Below are positions 9,940 through 21,254 of a DNA stretch of 64,000 nucleotides, piece by piece (positions within the stretch are counted from its first letter, which is position 1; the number at the start of each line of letters is the position of its first letter). Source of the DNA: Methanomassiliicoccaceae archaeon (GTDB lineage Archaea; Thermoplasmatota; Thermoplasmata; Methanomassiliicoccales; Methanomassiliicoccaceae). The position numbers and the translations under genes are program-made. The notes beneath the pieces were generated by a model. The model was not told where the DNA came from. It searched no databases and was given only the letters and a program-made list of their open reading frames with translations. The stretch is taken from positions 192,001-256,000 of the forward strand of contig CAVSJV010000004.1 of the NCBI GenBank assembly GCA_963728405.1, written 5' to 3'.

Positions 9940-10156
9940 CCACTGCGGATGCCGGGAATGAGCAGTACATCGAATGTTCGGAGGGCGGTGGACCAGTTCC
10001 GAGAACGATGTTACCTTTGATAACCTCGATGGGGGGAGGGCAGGTCGGGACGACCCGGACGGACCCATTAATGGATCGGCCTTTACTCACCGTGCGATGA
10101 GACGGGCATGATCGATGAAAGAGGAAGCCCCGCCGTTAGGGCGGGGGGCAGGTCAT
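9940..10156 (+). mobile_element. IS200/IS605 right-end remnant (eroded tnpB 3' end plus omegaRNA-like scaffold)
   Basis: GATGAAAGAGGAAG-CCCCGCC-GTTAG-GGCGGGG-GGCAGGTCA, the typical archaeal IS605 subterminal hairpin and end; upstream YIECSEGG...VGTTRT resembles a decayed TnpB C-terminus. Confidence 0.65.
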
Positions 10157-10172
10157 CGATGGTCGCATTGCC

Positions 10173-13100
10173 TCAGGCTGGCCGAAGGGACCCCCGTAGC
10201 AACCACAGATCATAGGTCGCCCCCGTCGAAGTGCCGGCGGGGCTCTTTATCTTGAAGCCTTGGAGCCCCGTGACCACAAGGCCAAAGTCCAGCTCCCTCT
10301 TCCCGTTCGCTTGGAATGGGCCAATGGTCCCCAGACTGATCTTGATCTCGGCGATCGCGGACACTTTCACGCCGACAAAGTCCTTGATCAGGTCGGGTGC
10401 CCCGGCCAATGCGTAGACCCCGATCTGGACGAAGACATGGTCGGCCAGAATCGGTTCAGGCACGGGAGCCCTTGTCGCCGCGGCCATCGGATTGAGGGGG
10501 TCGCTCAGCATCTCGCTGATGGCATCCATTAACCAGTGAAGGCACTCTCGCACCGCCTTGCCGTCGTACACCAAAGCCATAGTCAGACCTGCTCCGACGC
10601 TCCCGGAGGCATCATCGAGCCCGAGCTCCAGGAAGATCTTCAACGAAGAGACGGTCCGTTCGACCGAGTCGAGCATCCGGACCTCGAACCGCTGCAGGGC
10701 GGCGCTTATAACATCCTGCAAGGTGCTCATGTCCAGGCCAGAGCCGACGGCCTGGTCGAACGCCTCCATGAAGCACTCTTCGATGATGGTGACCAAGCCG
10801 TCCGTGTTCCATTCGGTCAGCAGCACGAAGCCATTGGACCCACCCTGGCTCCCGCCCCTCAGCTCCCAATGAGAAGAGCCGTCGAAGGCCCGCTGCCAGG
10901 TCCGGTCGTCATCGCCCAGGTCCTTGAGCCAGGGCGCCGAATCGACCCGTGTTCCGTACCGGTCGACCAGGGCTACCGATTCCTGAAGGGGGAACCCCTT
11001 GACCTCACCGTTGTCCAGGGCCTGGCCGGTGAAACAGTGCACGAAGTAACCATGGGCGGGGATCGTGCCACTAAGATATTCCGTGCGCTGCTGCCCTCGG
11101 GCCGTTCGCAGCGACCAGCCGGTCAGATCGACCGCTTGGTCAGATGGGTTGAAAAGCTCGACCCATTCCCGTGACGAATCCTTCCCCTGAGGGTTCAGCT
11201 CCACCTCGTTGATGAGAATGCCCCTTCGGTCCAGCACATTGAAGCTGAGCTCGATCCCAGCATCGATATGGAACTTGGTGCCCGGCACCGGGCTAGGCAG
11301 CAACTTCAGGGCCTGAGAGATGACCGGGACATCGGACATGGCGAACGACACCTTTTGGGTCCTATCGATCTCCGGAGCCACTATCTCCAGGATGTGGCCG
11401 CCCATGTAACCCCGGACCTCTATCTGGTGCTGGTACACCTGGGATCGGGGATCGAGGGTCAGGTCCACCGACCAGTCGCTGCCCCCCAGGGTGACGGTGC
11501 CAGCGATGGTATTGTCCCCGTTGGAGAGCTTGAGGACTCGAACGGACGACGTGATGGTCGCCCCGAAGGAAGAGAGCGACAGGTCCGCCCTGATGCGGTC
11601 CTCGGTGCCGGCGAGAGCCGCGTCGGACGGGCCTATGGTCATGACCAGGCCGAGGCCCAAAATGCTGAGATCGATCCTCGTCCCGTTCAGAGCCCAGACG
11701 GTTGCGTCGGACAGTGGCCTCGATGATCAATTCCAGGAAGCTGTCGGCCGCCCTCTGCAGTGCCTCCAAGGACGACATCAGCAGCTGGTTCAGGACCTCC
11801 AGCGGCTTGGTGGCATAGGACAACAATTGATCCACCAGCTGGCAGAAGAGGCCGAAAGCCTTCCCTACCAGGCCGCCGACGGCCTGGACCGCTGACACTA
11901 GGAAGTCCCAGACCTTGACCAGGAGCTTTTGGACATCCCCGGCGAGCGTGGCGGTGGGAGAATAGGACACACCTTGAAGCCCCCATCCACTGAAGGCGAT
12001 GATATTGAAGCTGGCGTCGATCGATAACAGGGTTGAGCAGGGGGTGTCGATCCGTTTGTCCGAATCCGAACCGGGCCGCAGGGAGATCTCGATGGCCCCA
12101 TGGTACTCGACGCCCCACTCGGTCACGTAGGGGGTTGTGGTCATGTCCAGCAGATCGGTCACGTGACGGTTAGGATAGGAAGTATTGGTCCGCGATCGAA
12201 CGCCCAGGGTTCCTTGACCTGGCACATCGAGGGAGCCGGCCTTCCCATCGTTCGAGAGCTTGAGCGCCGTAGAGTTGACGATGATCCTCTCGACGCGCTG
12301 CTGCCCATCGGCCAAGGTCAGGGTCAATCCGCCTTGAGAAAGGGGAACCAATACCTCACCTCCCTGAGCGGCCAGGCCGCTCCTAAGGCTCTCGATGGTG
12401 TCCTGGACCGCGTCGGCCGTGAGCCACTCCATCCCCGGGAGGCAGGAGATCCCGAACGCGATAAGGTCCGTTAGGATCGTCCCTTCAATGGTCTTCTGGG
12501 ACAGCCCACGGTCCAGGCGTTCGTGGATGGGGGCGGCCTTGTCCATGACGGCGTTCTGGATCACCTCCCGGGCACCCCAGTAGTCACCGAGCAGTTCCAT
12601 GTAGATGATGTGCTGAGCCTCAGCTATGGTGGAGGTCGAGAAATGCGCCGTCCCGTTCAACTGATAGGCGAGGGTCCAGCTAAGCTGGGATGCCCCCTGC
12701 TGAACGGACTGGTTCATCTGCAACAGTTCCGTCCACCGCTGGTCCATGAAGTCCATCACAGCCTGGGCCAGGCCATCGCGCGCTCTGCTCACTTCGTTCG
12801 CCCTGTCCAAAGCCGGCTTGAGCCAGGAGGACCCATCCCGGAATGCCGTTCTGAGTTGCTCGTCCAGCTCCTGCAGGTAGTTCATATCGTCCTGAGGGTC
12901 CAGAGATAGCTCGATCAACGGGAGGGAGCAGTGGGAAGCGACGCCCGCAGCGATCGATTCCACGAACCCCTTCATGGTCTCGGCCACGAAATGGGTCTCC
13001 GTCTCATACCGTCGATACAGATCGCCCCAGGCGGGGGAGGAATACACATCGACCTCTGGTAGGTCCAACTGATAACATCCCTGGAAGAATCGGTAGACCT

Positions 13101-14302
13101 TGTCGCCCTGGTCGTCGAGGAAACATATCCGGTAGGCGGGGAGGTCAACCACCACGTCAGGGCCTCCGTAGCAGAACCAGCGATAATCATACTCCGGTAT
13201 ACCAACTGTCCGACAGGGCTTTGCTGATATAGTCCTGCATGTTCATTTTGTCCGTATCCCCGCCGGTAAGGAAATCGATGGCATCCGTCAGGCCATGATC
13301 GGCGAACTCGTAGAGATCTTCGGGAATGTTAATGAGATCGATGAACTGGAAGTAGTCCATCCACTTCAGAACGATGGCATCGGCGCGAGAGTTGATGGTC
13401 TGGGCGACGATCGGTGCGAGGTCTATCCCTCCCTCATCATAAGAACGGAGGAAGAGGTCCGCGGGGTCCGCCGGGCCATCAAGATCCATCAGCAACGGAG
13501 CCACCTCTCCAAACTGGGCACCATTTAGCTCGCCGCCATCCTGAAAGTATCTCAGCTCCTCCAACACCAGAGCGAGATTGACCGCCCGGACCACATCCTC
13601 ATTGGTGATTATGGCCTCGGTGCTGTGGACGCCAGTCTTGACCGCCATCCCATAGCCGCGCAGGACACGGTCCTGGGCCAGGGCTGCAAGCTCGTAACGC
13701 ACCACGCTCTCCAGCTCGCCCCGGGGGACCGCGGACCTGGATAAGCGGTCCAGGCGGTACAGCAGAAGGGGAAGGGGAACATAAATGTCCTGATCAATGT
13801 CAACGGTCCTGGACAACTGGCCCTGAGAGCAGGTGACGTTGACCGTGCAGTTGCCGGTGATGACGAAATAGGCCGGCACGCTCGCACCCTCCCAGCTGGC
13901 GAGGTCTTCGCCGTAGATGGCGTACGATTCCTGCAAGCTGGCCCGCAGGAACGCCAGGTGAAGGTCATGCTCGACCAGGGTATGGATGTTACCCGTCAAA
14001 GAAGGATAGGTCTTGAGCAGCGAAGTATTGAGAGAAGCGACGAAACCTTGCTGCACCTCATTCTCGTTCAGCCCCTTGGTGGCCTGTATCGATCCGATGG
14101 CCGAGGAGTAGGCGATCCGGACGACGTCCTGGAGAGCGTCATCGAGGCACTTTCTCATCTGTTCCAGGACCTTCTCCGGGATGGCCGTGCTCTCCTTCCT
14201 GGCCTCTAGGCCGTAAACGAGGGCGATGGAGATCGATGATAGCACTAAAAGAAGTACTGCGATCACCGAGAAAGGCATCTGGGCCTTCCTGGACGCCCGC
14301 AT
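10173..14302 (-). CDS. large (~1370 aa) exported lamin-tail-domain protein, split by two frameshifts (~13207, ~11713)
   Basis: Three consecutive ORFs join with single-base deletions. N-terminus RKA|QMPFSVIAVLLLV resembles a class III signal peptide; C-terminal LTD (ILINEVELNP, EWVELFNP, VDLTGWSL). Confidence 0.75.
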
Positions 14303-14438
14303 CACCCTAACGCTTCGCCTATTGCTCGGACCCGCCTCTGTCATTACTGCGCTCGACGACCTGAACATTAAAAAGGGGTCGAGCTAACTGCACACTACAA
14401 CCTACTGCGCACCGGATCTTAGGCGGCGGTCGTGGCGA

Positions 14439-15176
14439 TCATTCGTTCTTTTCCAGCGCCATCTGGAAGAAGTGGTCGAGGTGAGCGGCCAGGAACGGGT
14501 TATCGGTGAAACCGCAGATGCTCAGGTCCGGAGATGCGATCATGGCAATCTCATCGTCGGTGATGACATCCGTGGCCAGGAGGTCCCCCTTCCTGATGAC
14601 CTCCGAGGCATCCGGCACTTTGGCCGAGTGCTCCGCGACCACCGTAATGGTCACTCCGCGCCTCAGCGCATTGGAGAACTTTGCGGCATGAGCGACATTG
14701 ATCTCCATCAGAGCAGGAGAGGAAAGGAAGAAGCGCTCTTTGGCCAGGTCCAGCATCTCTCCTATCTTCGCCAATACTTTATCTCGACCGGTTATCGTGT
14801 ACACCAGTTGGGGAGTGCCCCGGTCCGTCAGCGAGCCCTTTATGGATTCTAGCTGGCGAAAGGTACGATCGAGTTCGGCGGTCATCCGCTCCTTGATCTC
14901 CATCGGCGGGACCGGATGGAACACCACAGGTCGGCCTCCTCGGGCGTTGACGAACCCTTTCTGTTCGAGATTTCCCAGCACCTTGTACGCCGAGGTCCGG
15001 GGAATGCTCGCGGTCTCGGCCACGTCCTCCGCCGAGCCGTGAGAGCGCAACGCCAGGGCCAGGTAGGCCTTGGCCTCGTAATTGGAAAGGTCCATCTTCC
15101 GAAGCATTTCGAGTATTTTCTCCTTCTGAACATCGAGTTCGAAAGGGTCCATGCGGCTCTTTATCGGTCCGTTCAT
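14439..15176 (-). CDS. TrmB-family transcriptional regulator
   Basis: LSNYEAKAYLAL, IPRTSAYKVLGNLEQKGFV, GRPVVF, C-terminal effector domain. Confidence 0.9.
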   Translation of the reverse strand: MNGPIKSRMDPFELDVQKEKILEMLRKMDLSNYEAKAYLALALRSHGSAEDVAETASIPRTSAYKVLGNLEQKGFVNARGGRPVVFHPVPPMEIKERMTAELDRTFRQLESIKGSLTDRGTPQLVYTITGRDKVLAKIGEMLDLAKERFFLSSPALMEINVAHAAKFSNALRRGVTITVVAEHSAKVPDASEVIRKGDLLATDVITDDEIAMIASPDLSICGFTDNPFLAAHLDHFFQMALEKNE

Positions 15177-15255
15177 ATCCTTACTTGTAGCTCTATTGGC
15201 TACAATAGTATTAAATTATCCCATGATGAATCGGGCGCAGCGGGATGACACTCGT

Positions 15256-16809
15256 ATGATCGCGAAAGAGAGTGCGCTCAAGAAAGGATTGCCCAAAGAA
15301 ACGCAGTCCCTATGCCCTGAATGCAAGAAGGTCGTACCGGCCAGAATCTTCGAGTCCGAGGGCAAGGTCCTCATGGAGAAGAACTGCCCCCAGCACGGCA
15401 AGGTCACCGACGTCTACTGGTCCGACGTGAAAATGTACCTCAAGGCGGAGAAGTTCGCCTACGATGGCATCGGGGTCAGCAACGCCATGATCAAGGATGC
15501 CAAGACCTGCCCGGACAACTGCGGCCTGTGCAACCTGCACACCAGCCACACCGCCCTGGCGAACCTGGACCTGACCAATCGCTGCAACATGAAATGCCCC
15601 ATCTGCTTTGCCAACGCCAACCAGGCCGGCTATGTCTATGAGCCTTCCTTCGAACAGGTAGTGTTCATGTTGGAGACCTTGAGGGCCGAGCGACCGGTCC
15701 CCTGTACCGCAGTACAGTTCTCCGGCGGCGAGCCGACCATCTACCCGCGCTTCTTCGATGTCATCAAGAAAGCCAAGGAGCTCAAGTTCGCTCAGGTCCA
15801 GGTCGCCACCAACGGCATCAAGCTGGCCGAGGACCCTGAATTCGCCCAGAAGTGCACCGATGCAGGTCTGAACACCATATACCTCCAGTTCGACGGCATC
15901 ACCGACGATATCTATAAGAGGACCAGAGCTAAGCCCATGATGGCGACCAAGCTCAAAGCGATCGAGAACATCCGCAAGATCAAGGAGCACCGCCCCTCGG
16001 TCGTTCTGGTCCCGACACTGGTCAAGGGTTTCAACGACCAACAGATCGGTGACATCATTCGCTTCGCCCTCAAGAACCGCGACGTCGTCCGCGGCGTCAA
16101 CTTCCAGCCCGTGGCCTTCACCGGCCGTATCGACCAGAAAGAGAGGGAAGAAGGCCGCTACACCATACCAGATCTGGTCAGGGATGTGGAGAAGCAGACC
16201 GGATTCGCCAAGGAGAAGGACTGGTACCCTGTTCCGACGGTCGTCCCTATCTCCACCTATGCCTCAGCCATCCTGGGCGAGGAGAAGGTCACCTTCACCC
16301 CACACCCTCACTGCGGCATGGCCACTTACTGGTTCGTCAAGGATGAGAACACCGTCGTCCCCCTGACCGAGTTCGTTGACGTAGAGGGCCTCTTCGCCGA
16401 GCTGTACGAGCTCTCCAAGAAGACCGAGGGTGCCACGTTCCCCAAACTCTCGCTGCTGAAGGCCAGAAAGATCCTGAAGAACCACATGGATGAGAGCAAG
16501 ATGCCCGAAGGCCTCACAACCGCTCAGTTCATGAAGGTCCTCACCAACGTGTTCAATAACGATACCAAGGAAGGCCTGGCCAAGTTCTCCTGGAGCATGA
16601 TGCTGATCTCATCGATGCACTTCCAGGACGACTACAACTACGACATCGAGCGGGTCAAGAGATGCGTCATCCACTACGTCGTTCCCGACGGGAGGATCAT
16701 TCCCTTCTGCGCCTACAATGGCGGACCGACCTATAGGACCGAGGTAGAGAAGAAGTTCTCTGTTCCCCTGGAAGAGTGGAGAAAGACCAAGGGCGAAGAG
16801 TACACCTGA
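15256..16809 (+). CDS. tes: tetraether lipid synthase Tes (GDGT-MAS, MJ0619-type radical SAM enzyme)
   Basis: N-terminal SLCPEC...CPQHG, CPDNCGLC, LTNRCNMKCPICFANA (CX3CX2C), C-terminal MHFQDDYNYDIERVKRCVIHY...IPFCAYN. Confidence 0.9.
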   Translation: MIAKESALKKGLPKETQSLCPECKKVVPARIFESEGKVLMEKNCPQHGKVTDVYWSDVKMYLKAEKFAYDGIGVSNAMIKDAKTCPDNCGLCNLHTSHTALANLDLTNRCNMKCPICFANANQAGYVYEPSFEQVVFMLETLRAERPVPCTAVQFSGGEPTIYPRFFDVIKKAKELKFAQVQVATNGIKLAEDPEFAQKCTDAGLNTIYLQFDGITDDIYKRTRAKPMMATKLKAIENIRKIKEHRPSVVLVPTLVKGFNDQQIGDIIRFALKNRDVVRGVNFQPVAFTGRIDQKEREEGRYTIPDLVRDVEKQTGFAKEKDWYPVPTVVPISTYASAILGEEKVTFTPHPHCGMATYWFVKDENTVVPLTEFVDVEGLFAELYELSKKTEGATFPKLSLLKARKILKNHMDESKMPEGLTTAQFMKVLTNVFNNDTKEGLAKFSWSMMLISSMHFQDDYNYDIERVKRCVIHYVVPDGRIIPFCAYNGGPTYRTEVEKKFSVPLEEWRKTKGEEYT

Positions 16810-16818
16810 GGGATTCAA

Positions 16819-16992
16819 ATGATAGTATCAGTAGAGAAATGCCATCACTGCGGCGCCTGCGTGGGCTCCTGCCCTAAGAACGCCATATACTTGAACGATA
16901 TCGTATTGGTGTTCAGCGAGGACTGTAACCGCTGCGGTCGCTGCGTTAAGGTCTGCCCGCTTGGTGCGATCAAGATGGAGGCCAAGACATGA
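16819..16992 (+). CDS. 2[4Fe-4S] ferredoxin (57 aa, missing from ORF track)
   Basis: Manual translation MIVSVEKCHHCGACVGSCPKNAI...CNRCGRCVKVCPLGAIKMEAKT; ATGA overlap with GGR. Confidence 0.93.
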   Translation: MIVSVEKCHHCGACVGSCPKNAIYLNDIVLVFSEDCNRCGRCVKVCPLGAIKMEAKT

Positions 16993-18179
16993 AGCAGATC
17001 GAGTGCGACGTGGTGGTCGTGGGTGCTGGTCCCGCCGGAAGCATGACCGCCAAGTGGGCGGCCAAGGGCGGCGCGAACGTATTGATGATCGAAAAGCGCC
17101 AGGAGATCGGCGCCCCCGTCCGCTGTGGCGAGGGCATATCGAAGTACTGGCTGGACGAGGTCGGCATTACCGTCGACCCCAAGTGGATCGCCCGCGAGGT
17201 CCGCGGGGCCAAGATCGTCTCGCCCTCGGGCCATACATTCCTGGTGGACGAAAGGCAGGCCGGCAACGAGGTCGGCTGGGTCGTGGACCGCGTGTTCTTC
17301 GATAAGGCGCTCGCCGCTGATGCGGCCCGCGCTGGTGTGGAGATCAAGCTGAAGACCTCGGCCACCTCCTTGATCAAGGAAAACGGCAAGATCGTGGGAG
17401 TACGCGCTGAATCGTACGGCGAGCCGGTGGAGATACGCGCCGGCTGCGTGGTCGGCGCGGACGGCTACGAGTCCCAGGTCGGACACTGGGCGGGGATCGA
17501 CACCTCGCTGAAGGCCGCGGATATCGATACCTGCTACCAGTACCGCCTGACCGGGATAGACTATGATCCGGACTATTGTCTATTCCAGCTCGGTTCGGAT
17601 GCCCCTGGTGGCTACGTGTGGGTCTTCCCCAAGAATGAGGATACTGCCAATGTCGGCATCGGTGTCCAGCTGTCCAAGGTGAAGCATCCCGGTGACCCCA
17701 AGATGTACCTCGACAGGTATATCGCAAAGCATCCCGGACTGAAGAAGGGACAACCCTTGGAAGCGGTGGCCGGAGCGGTCTCCATCTGCGCCCCCCTGGA
17801 TTCGGTCTCGGTGGACAACCTCTTACTGGTCGGCGATTCGGCCAGGATGATCGACCCCATCACCGGCGGCGGCATCTCCACCAGCTGCATCGCTGGCATG
17901 TATGCCGGACAGGTACTGGCCAAGGGAGTCAAGGCCAAGGACCTCTCCATGAAGGTCCTTCAGGAGTACGAAACGCGCTGGAGGGACCGCCTAGAGAACA
18001 AACTGTGGCGCAACTGGATGGCCAAGGAGAAGCTCACTACACTGTCGGACGAGGCTCTGGACAAGATCGTCCACACCCTGTCCGAGGTTGGCGTGGAGAA
18101 ACTATCGGTGCAGAGCCTGCTAGCCGTGGTCAAGAGCCGCTACCCTGAACTGGTCAAAGAGTTCGACGAGTTCATCTGA
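16989..18179 (+). CDS. digeranylgeranylglycerophospholipid reductase (GGR)
   Basis: GAGPAG FAD motif, PVRCGEG, APGGYVWVFPK, DPITGGGI. Confidence 0.93.
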   Translation: MKQIECDVVVVGAGPAGSMTAKWAAKGGANVLMIEKRQEIGAPVRCGEGISKYWLDEVGITVDPKWIAREVRGAKIVSPSGHTFLVDERQAGNEVGWVVDRVFFDKALAADAARAGVEIKLKTSATSLIKENGKIVGVRAESYGEPVEIRAGCVVGADGYESQVGHWAGIDTSLKAADIDTCYQYRLTGIDYDPDYCLFQLGSDAPGGYVWVFPKNEDTANVGIGVQLSKVKHPGDPKMYLDRYIAKHPGLKKGQPLEAVAGAVSICAPLDSVSVDNLLLVGDSARMIDPITGGGISTSCIAGMYAGQVLAKGVKAKDLSMKVLQEYETRWRDRLENKLWRNWMAKEKLTTLSDEALDKIVHTLSEVGVEKLSVQSLLAVVKSRYPELVKEFDEFI

Positions 18180-18201
18180 GAATTCTTTCTCAAACCTTTT
18201 C

Positions 18202-19131
18202 CTACTCCTTTTCCAATTTTACTCCATCGACGCCGGTCTTGACGATGTACGGCATCCCGCCCCTGCTCTTGATGGCCTGGGCCACCTTCTCCGGATGGTC
18301 GGTCAGGGCGATCATGCTGCCCCCACCCCCCGCCCCGGTCAGCTTGGCGCCGTAGGAAAAGGGTAACGAGGCGTCCACCAGCTTCTGGAGCTCCGGCGTA
18401 GACACTCCCAGGATCGCAAGGAGATTGTGGTCCTTGGTCATGAGGCGGCCGAGGCCTTCGAGGTCACGGCCCTTCAGCTTGCTCATTCCCTCCAAGGTCA
18501 GGCCGCCGATCTCATCGATAATGTCTCTAGCGAAGCGGGTGTGGTCGACATACCGCTTGACCTTCGCAACCAGCGGCCCGGTGGGGGCTTTGTGGCCGGT
18601 GAACCCCACGACCAGGGTCATCTCGGGCACCGCACAGTCGTGGATATACCAGCGGCGGATGTCTCGCTCGATCTTCCACAATAGGTCTTCCCTCTGCTCC
18701 GAGGTGATGAATATGCCATGCCCATGGGCGGAGACCGATGTGTCGACCGGGCTGGCCCGTCCCTGGACCAGCGATTCGACATTAAAGGCGTGTCTGGCCA
18801 CATCCTCCGGGATCAGTTTACCCTTCATCCCGGCGATCGCTCCCAGCGTGGCCACAGTGACCGCCGCCGATGAGCCGAGCCCGGAGCCGGATGGGATCTC
18901 CGAGCTGATGTCAATAGATAACGGCCCCCCAGTCCAGTTCTCCTTCACCGCGGTCATGATGTATGAGTGCGCCTTCTCCGTGATCGGCTGTCCATTGACG
19001 ATGAACTGGTCCGAAGGCCCTACGACGCAACGAAGCCTCAGCCCAATGGCCAGAGCAATTGCCGGTCTTCCGAAGACCACGGCATGCTCTCCCAGCAAGA
19101 TGATCTTGCCCGGGGCGGAGACTATCTTCAT
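18202..19131 (-). CDS. mvk: mevalonate kinase
   Basis: APGKIILLGEHAVV, PSGSGLGSSAA, QGRASPVD, KLTGAGGGG. Confidence 0.95.
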   Translation of the reverse strand: MKIVSAPGKIILLGEHAVVFGRPAIALAIGLRLRCVVGPSDQFIVNGQPITEKAHSYIMTAVKENWTGGPLSIDISSEIPSGSGLGSSAAVTVATLGAIAGMKGKLIPEDVARHAFNVESLVQGRASPVDTSVSAHGHGIFITSEQREDLLWKIERDIRRWYIHDCAVPEMTLVVGFTGHKAPTGPLVAKVKRYVDHTRFARDIIDEIGGLTLEGMSKLKGRDLEGLGRLMTKDHNLLAILGVSTPELQKLVDASLPFSYGAKLTGAGGGGSMIALTDHPEKVAQAIKSRGGMPYIVKTGVDGVKLEKE

Positions 19132-19295
19132 CCCGGACCCATCCGCTTTCCCCGATTAAATCGTTTCTCCTAGCCCCATTCACCATCGTTCAGGGCGGAA
19201 ACGCAGCACCCACCATCCATAAAAAAGCGCAAAAGGTTGATATACACTACGCTACAAAAGCACCTCAATTCAATAAATACAGGGGGAGTTTCAGT

Positions 19296-19682
19296 ATGTC
19301 AGACCGTTGTGCCGTCCTTACAACACTTAATGGAGAGATAGTCGAGTGGAGGGTCTTCGATAGCCCGACCCAGGCTATGCATCACTATACATCGGGGGTC
19401 GGGAAGCTACAGGAAATGCTGCAGCATACCGACGACAATGGAGTGTGGGAGATCATGCTCTGCGATGTGAAACAGTACGCCCTCTCCCGGCAGAACGCCG
19501 AACATCTGGACACTCGGGAGAGCCAAGACTGGTATTCTCGATACCTTACCATCATGGCCGGCCAGGCCCGGAAGATAACTGGTCTGAGACCAAGGTATAG
19601 CCTTCATCTATGGCACCGTCTGAAGCATCGTGTGGATGGCATGCTCAGCGATGACGATGAGCCTGCAGTGGATGGATATTGA
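19296..19682 (+). CDS. hypothetical protein
   Basis: ORF with GGGGAG RBS and AT-rich upstream promoter; no recognised motif. Confidence 0.6.
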   Translation: MSDRCAVLTTLNGEIVEWRVFDSPTQAMHHYTSGVGKLQEMLQHTDDNGVWEIMLCDVKQYALSRQNAEHLDTRESQDWYSRYLTIMAGQARKITGLRPRYSLHLWHRLKHRVDGMLSDDDEPAVDGY

Positions 19683-20021
19683 TCATTTCTTGCAGCCGAG
19701 CAGGGCTCTCATCTGCTCGGCATCCATCCGCGCGTCCTGATACTCCACCATGATCTTCTCGAGGTTCCTTTTTCCGATCCGATCGAAGAGCCAGGCGACC
19801 ACCTGGCACGCCCCCTCGTCCGAATCGATCTCTACCGTGAAATGCAGGATGATGGGGAAATGCCTGACACGGCGGGAAAAGGTCCGCTCGTACCTCAAGT
19901 GGGCCAGGTCGCTAAGCACAAGCTCATCTCCCTCAGATACTCCCTCCTTGTCCATGAGCACGCTTATCAGCTCGGGATCGAAGGTGTGGACCTCTAATCT
20001 CATCTTTTCCCTAGGTGCCAT
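19683..20021 (-). CDS. hypothetical protein
   Basis: 112-aa ORF following the MFS gene on the same strand; no recognised motif. Confidence 0.6.
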   Translation of the reverse strand: MAPREKMRLEVHTFDPELISVLMDKEGVSEGDELVLSDLAHLRYERTFSRRVRHFPIILHFTVEIDSDEGACQVVAWLFDRIGKRNLEKIMVEYQDARMDAEQMRALLGCKK

Positions 20022-20042
20022 TTCACAATGCCACTATAAATG

Positions 20043-21234
20043 TTAAGATTTCTCCTTCCGGGCCTCGGCGATAGGGTCCCGGGTCCTCAGGAGAGGTATG
20101 CTCAGGACCGCGACCGCGGTCCCGGCCACGATGAACGGCAGGACGCCGACAGTTCGCACCAGCCTGCCCAGCCAACGCGGCGAGGGCGACCGGGGCGATA
20201 ACGAACCCCATGTCCCCCATGGTGCGGAACAGCCCCATAGCCCCTCCCAGGTCCTTCGGCTCGGTGACGTCTGCGACCCACGCGGCGATGGGGCCGGACA
20301 GACCGATGGCAAAGCCCATGGCCATCAGGATGATCGTCAGGCCGACCACATCGGTGGTGAAAGGCAATAGGGCGGTCAGTAAGGATAGGAGGACCAGGCC
20401 GGCCATCAGGAAGGGTTTGCGGCCGTACTGGTCGGTCAGCCGTCCGGCGATCACCATGATGGCCAGGTTGCATACCGCGCTGACGGTGAGGATTATCCCC
20501 AGCAGCCCCTCACTGATCCTCAGGTTATACATCGCATACAGCGGGACCATGGTGTTCAGGATACCTTGCCGCACCACGAACACGGCGATGGTGGCGAGAT
20601 TGATGGAGACCAGGTCATACCGCTTGATGAGGCGACCGAGCTGGCGGAGCGTCACCTTCTCCGCCTCCTCCGGGGTCGGGCGAATATCGGCGATCCAAAG
20701 GAAGACCATCATGAACGAGATGGCCCCGCAGATGCCGTACACCAGGAACGGAGCGCTCAGGCCATAGTATAGCGATACCGTGCCACCGATGGCCGGTCCG
20801 AAGGCGGTGCCCAGCAGGAACATGCTCAAGTAGAAGGAAAGATGCGCGCCCCTGGAATCGCGGGGAGCGAGCTTGCTGATGACAGTGATCGATGTCGTGG
20901 TGTACAATGCCGAGCCGACGCCCTCCAAGATTCGGGCGATCAGCAGGGTCGAGTAGTCGGTGGCAAAACCGGCGGTGATGGAGGAGACGGCGATTATGCC
21001 CAGACCGATGAGCATGAACCGCTTCATGCCGAAGCGCGAGGAGAATATTCCAGCAGGAATATCCAGGAGCACCCGGGCCACGGCGAACGCTGATATCAAC
21101 AGGCCGACCAATGCGAGGGATACGCCGAAGCTCAGTGCGTAGGCAGGCAGCACCGGCGCGATGATGGATATCCCCATCATCACGAAGAACGCTACTACCG
21201 AGAGGACTAAGGTCGGCCGGAAATCCTGGCGCAT
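20043..21234 (-). CDS. MFS transporter (frameshift near C-terminus, ~20151)
   Basis: 12-TM pattern, SSRFGMKR and GRLTDQYGRK motifs; last TM (VGVLPFIVAGTAVAVLSIPLL) lies in the shifted frame ending at 20043. Confidence 0.88.
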
Positions 21235-21254
21235 CGATTCATCTGATGGATATT

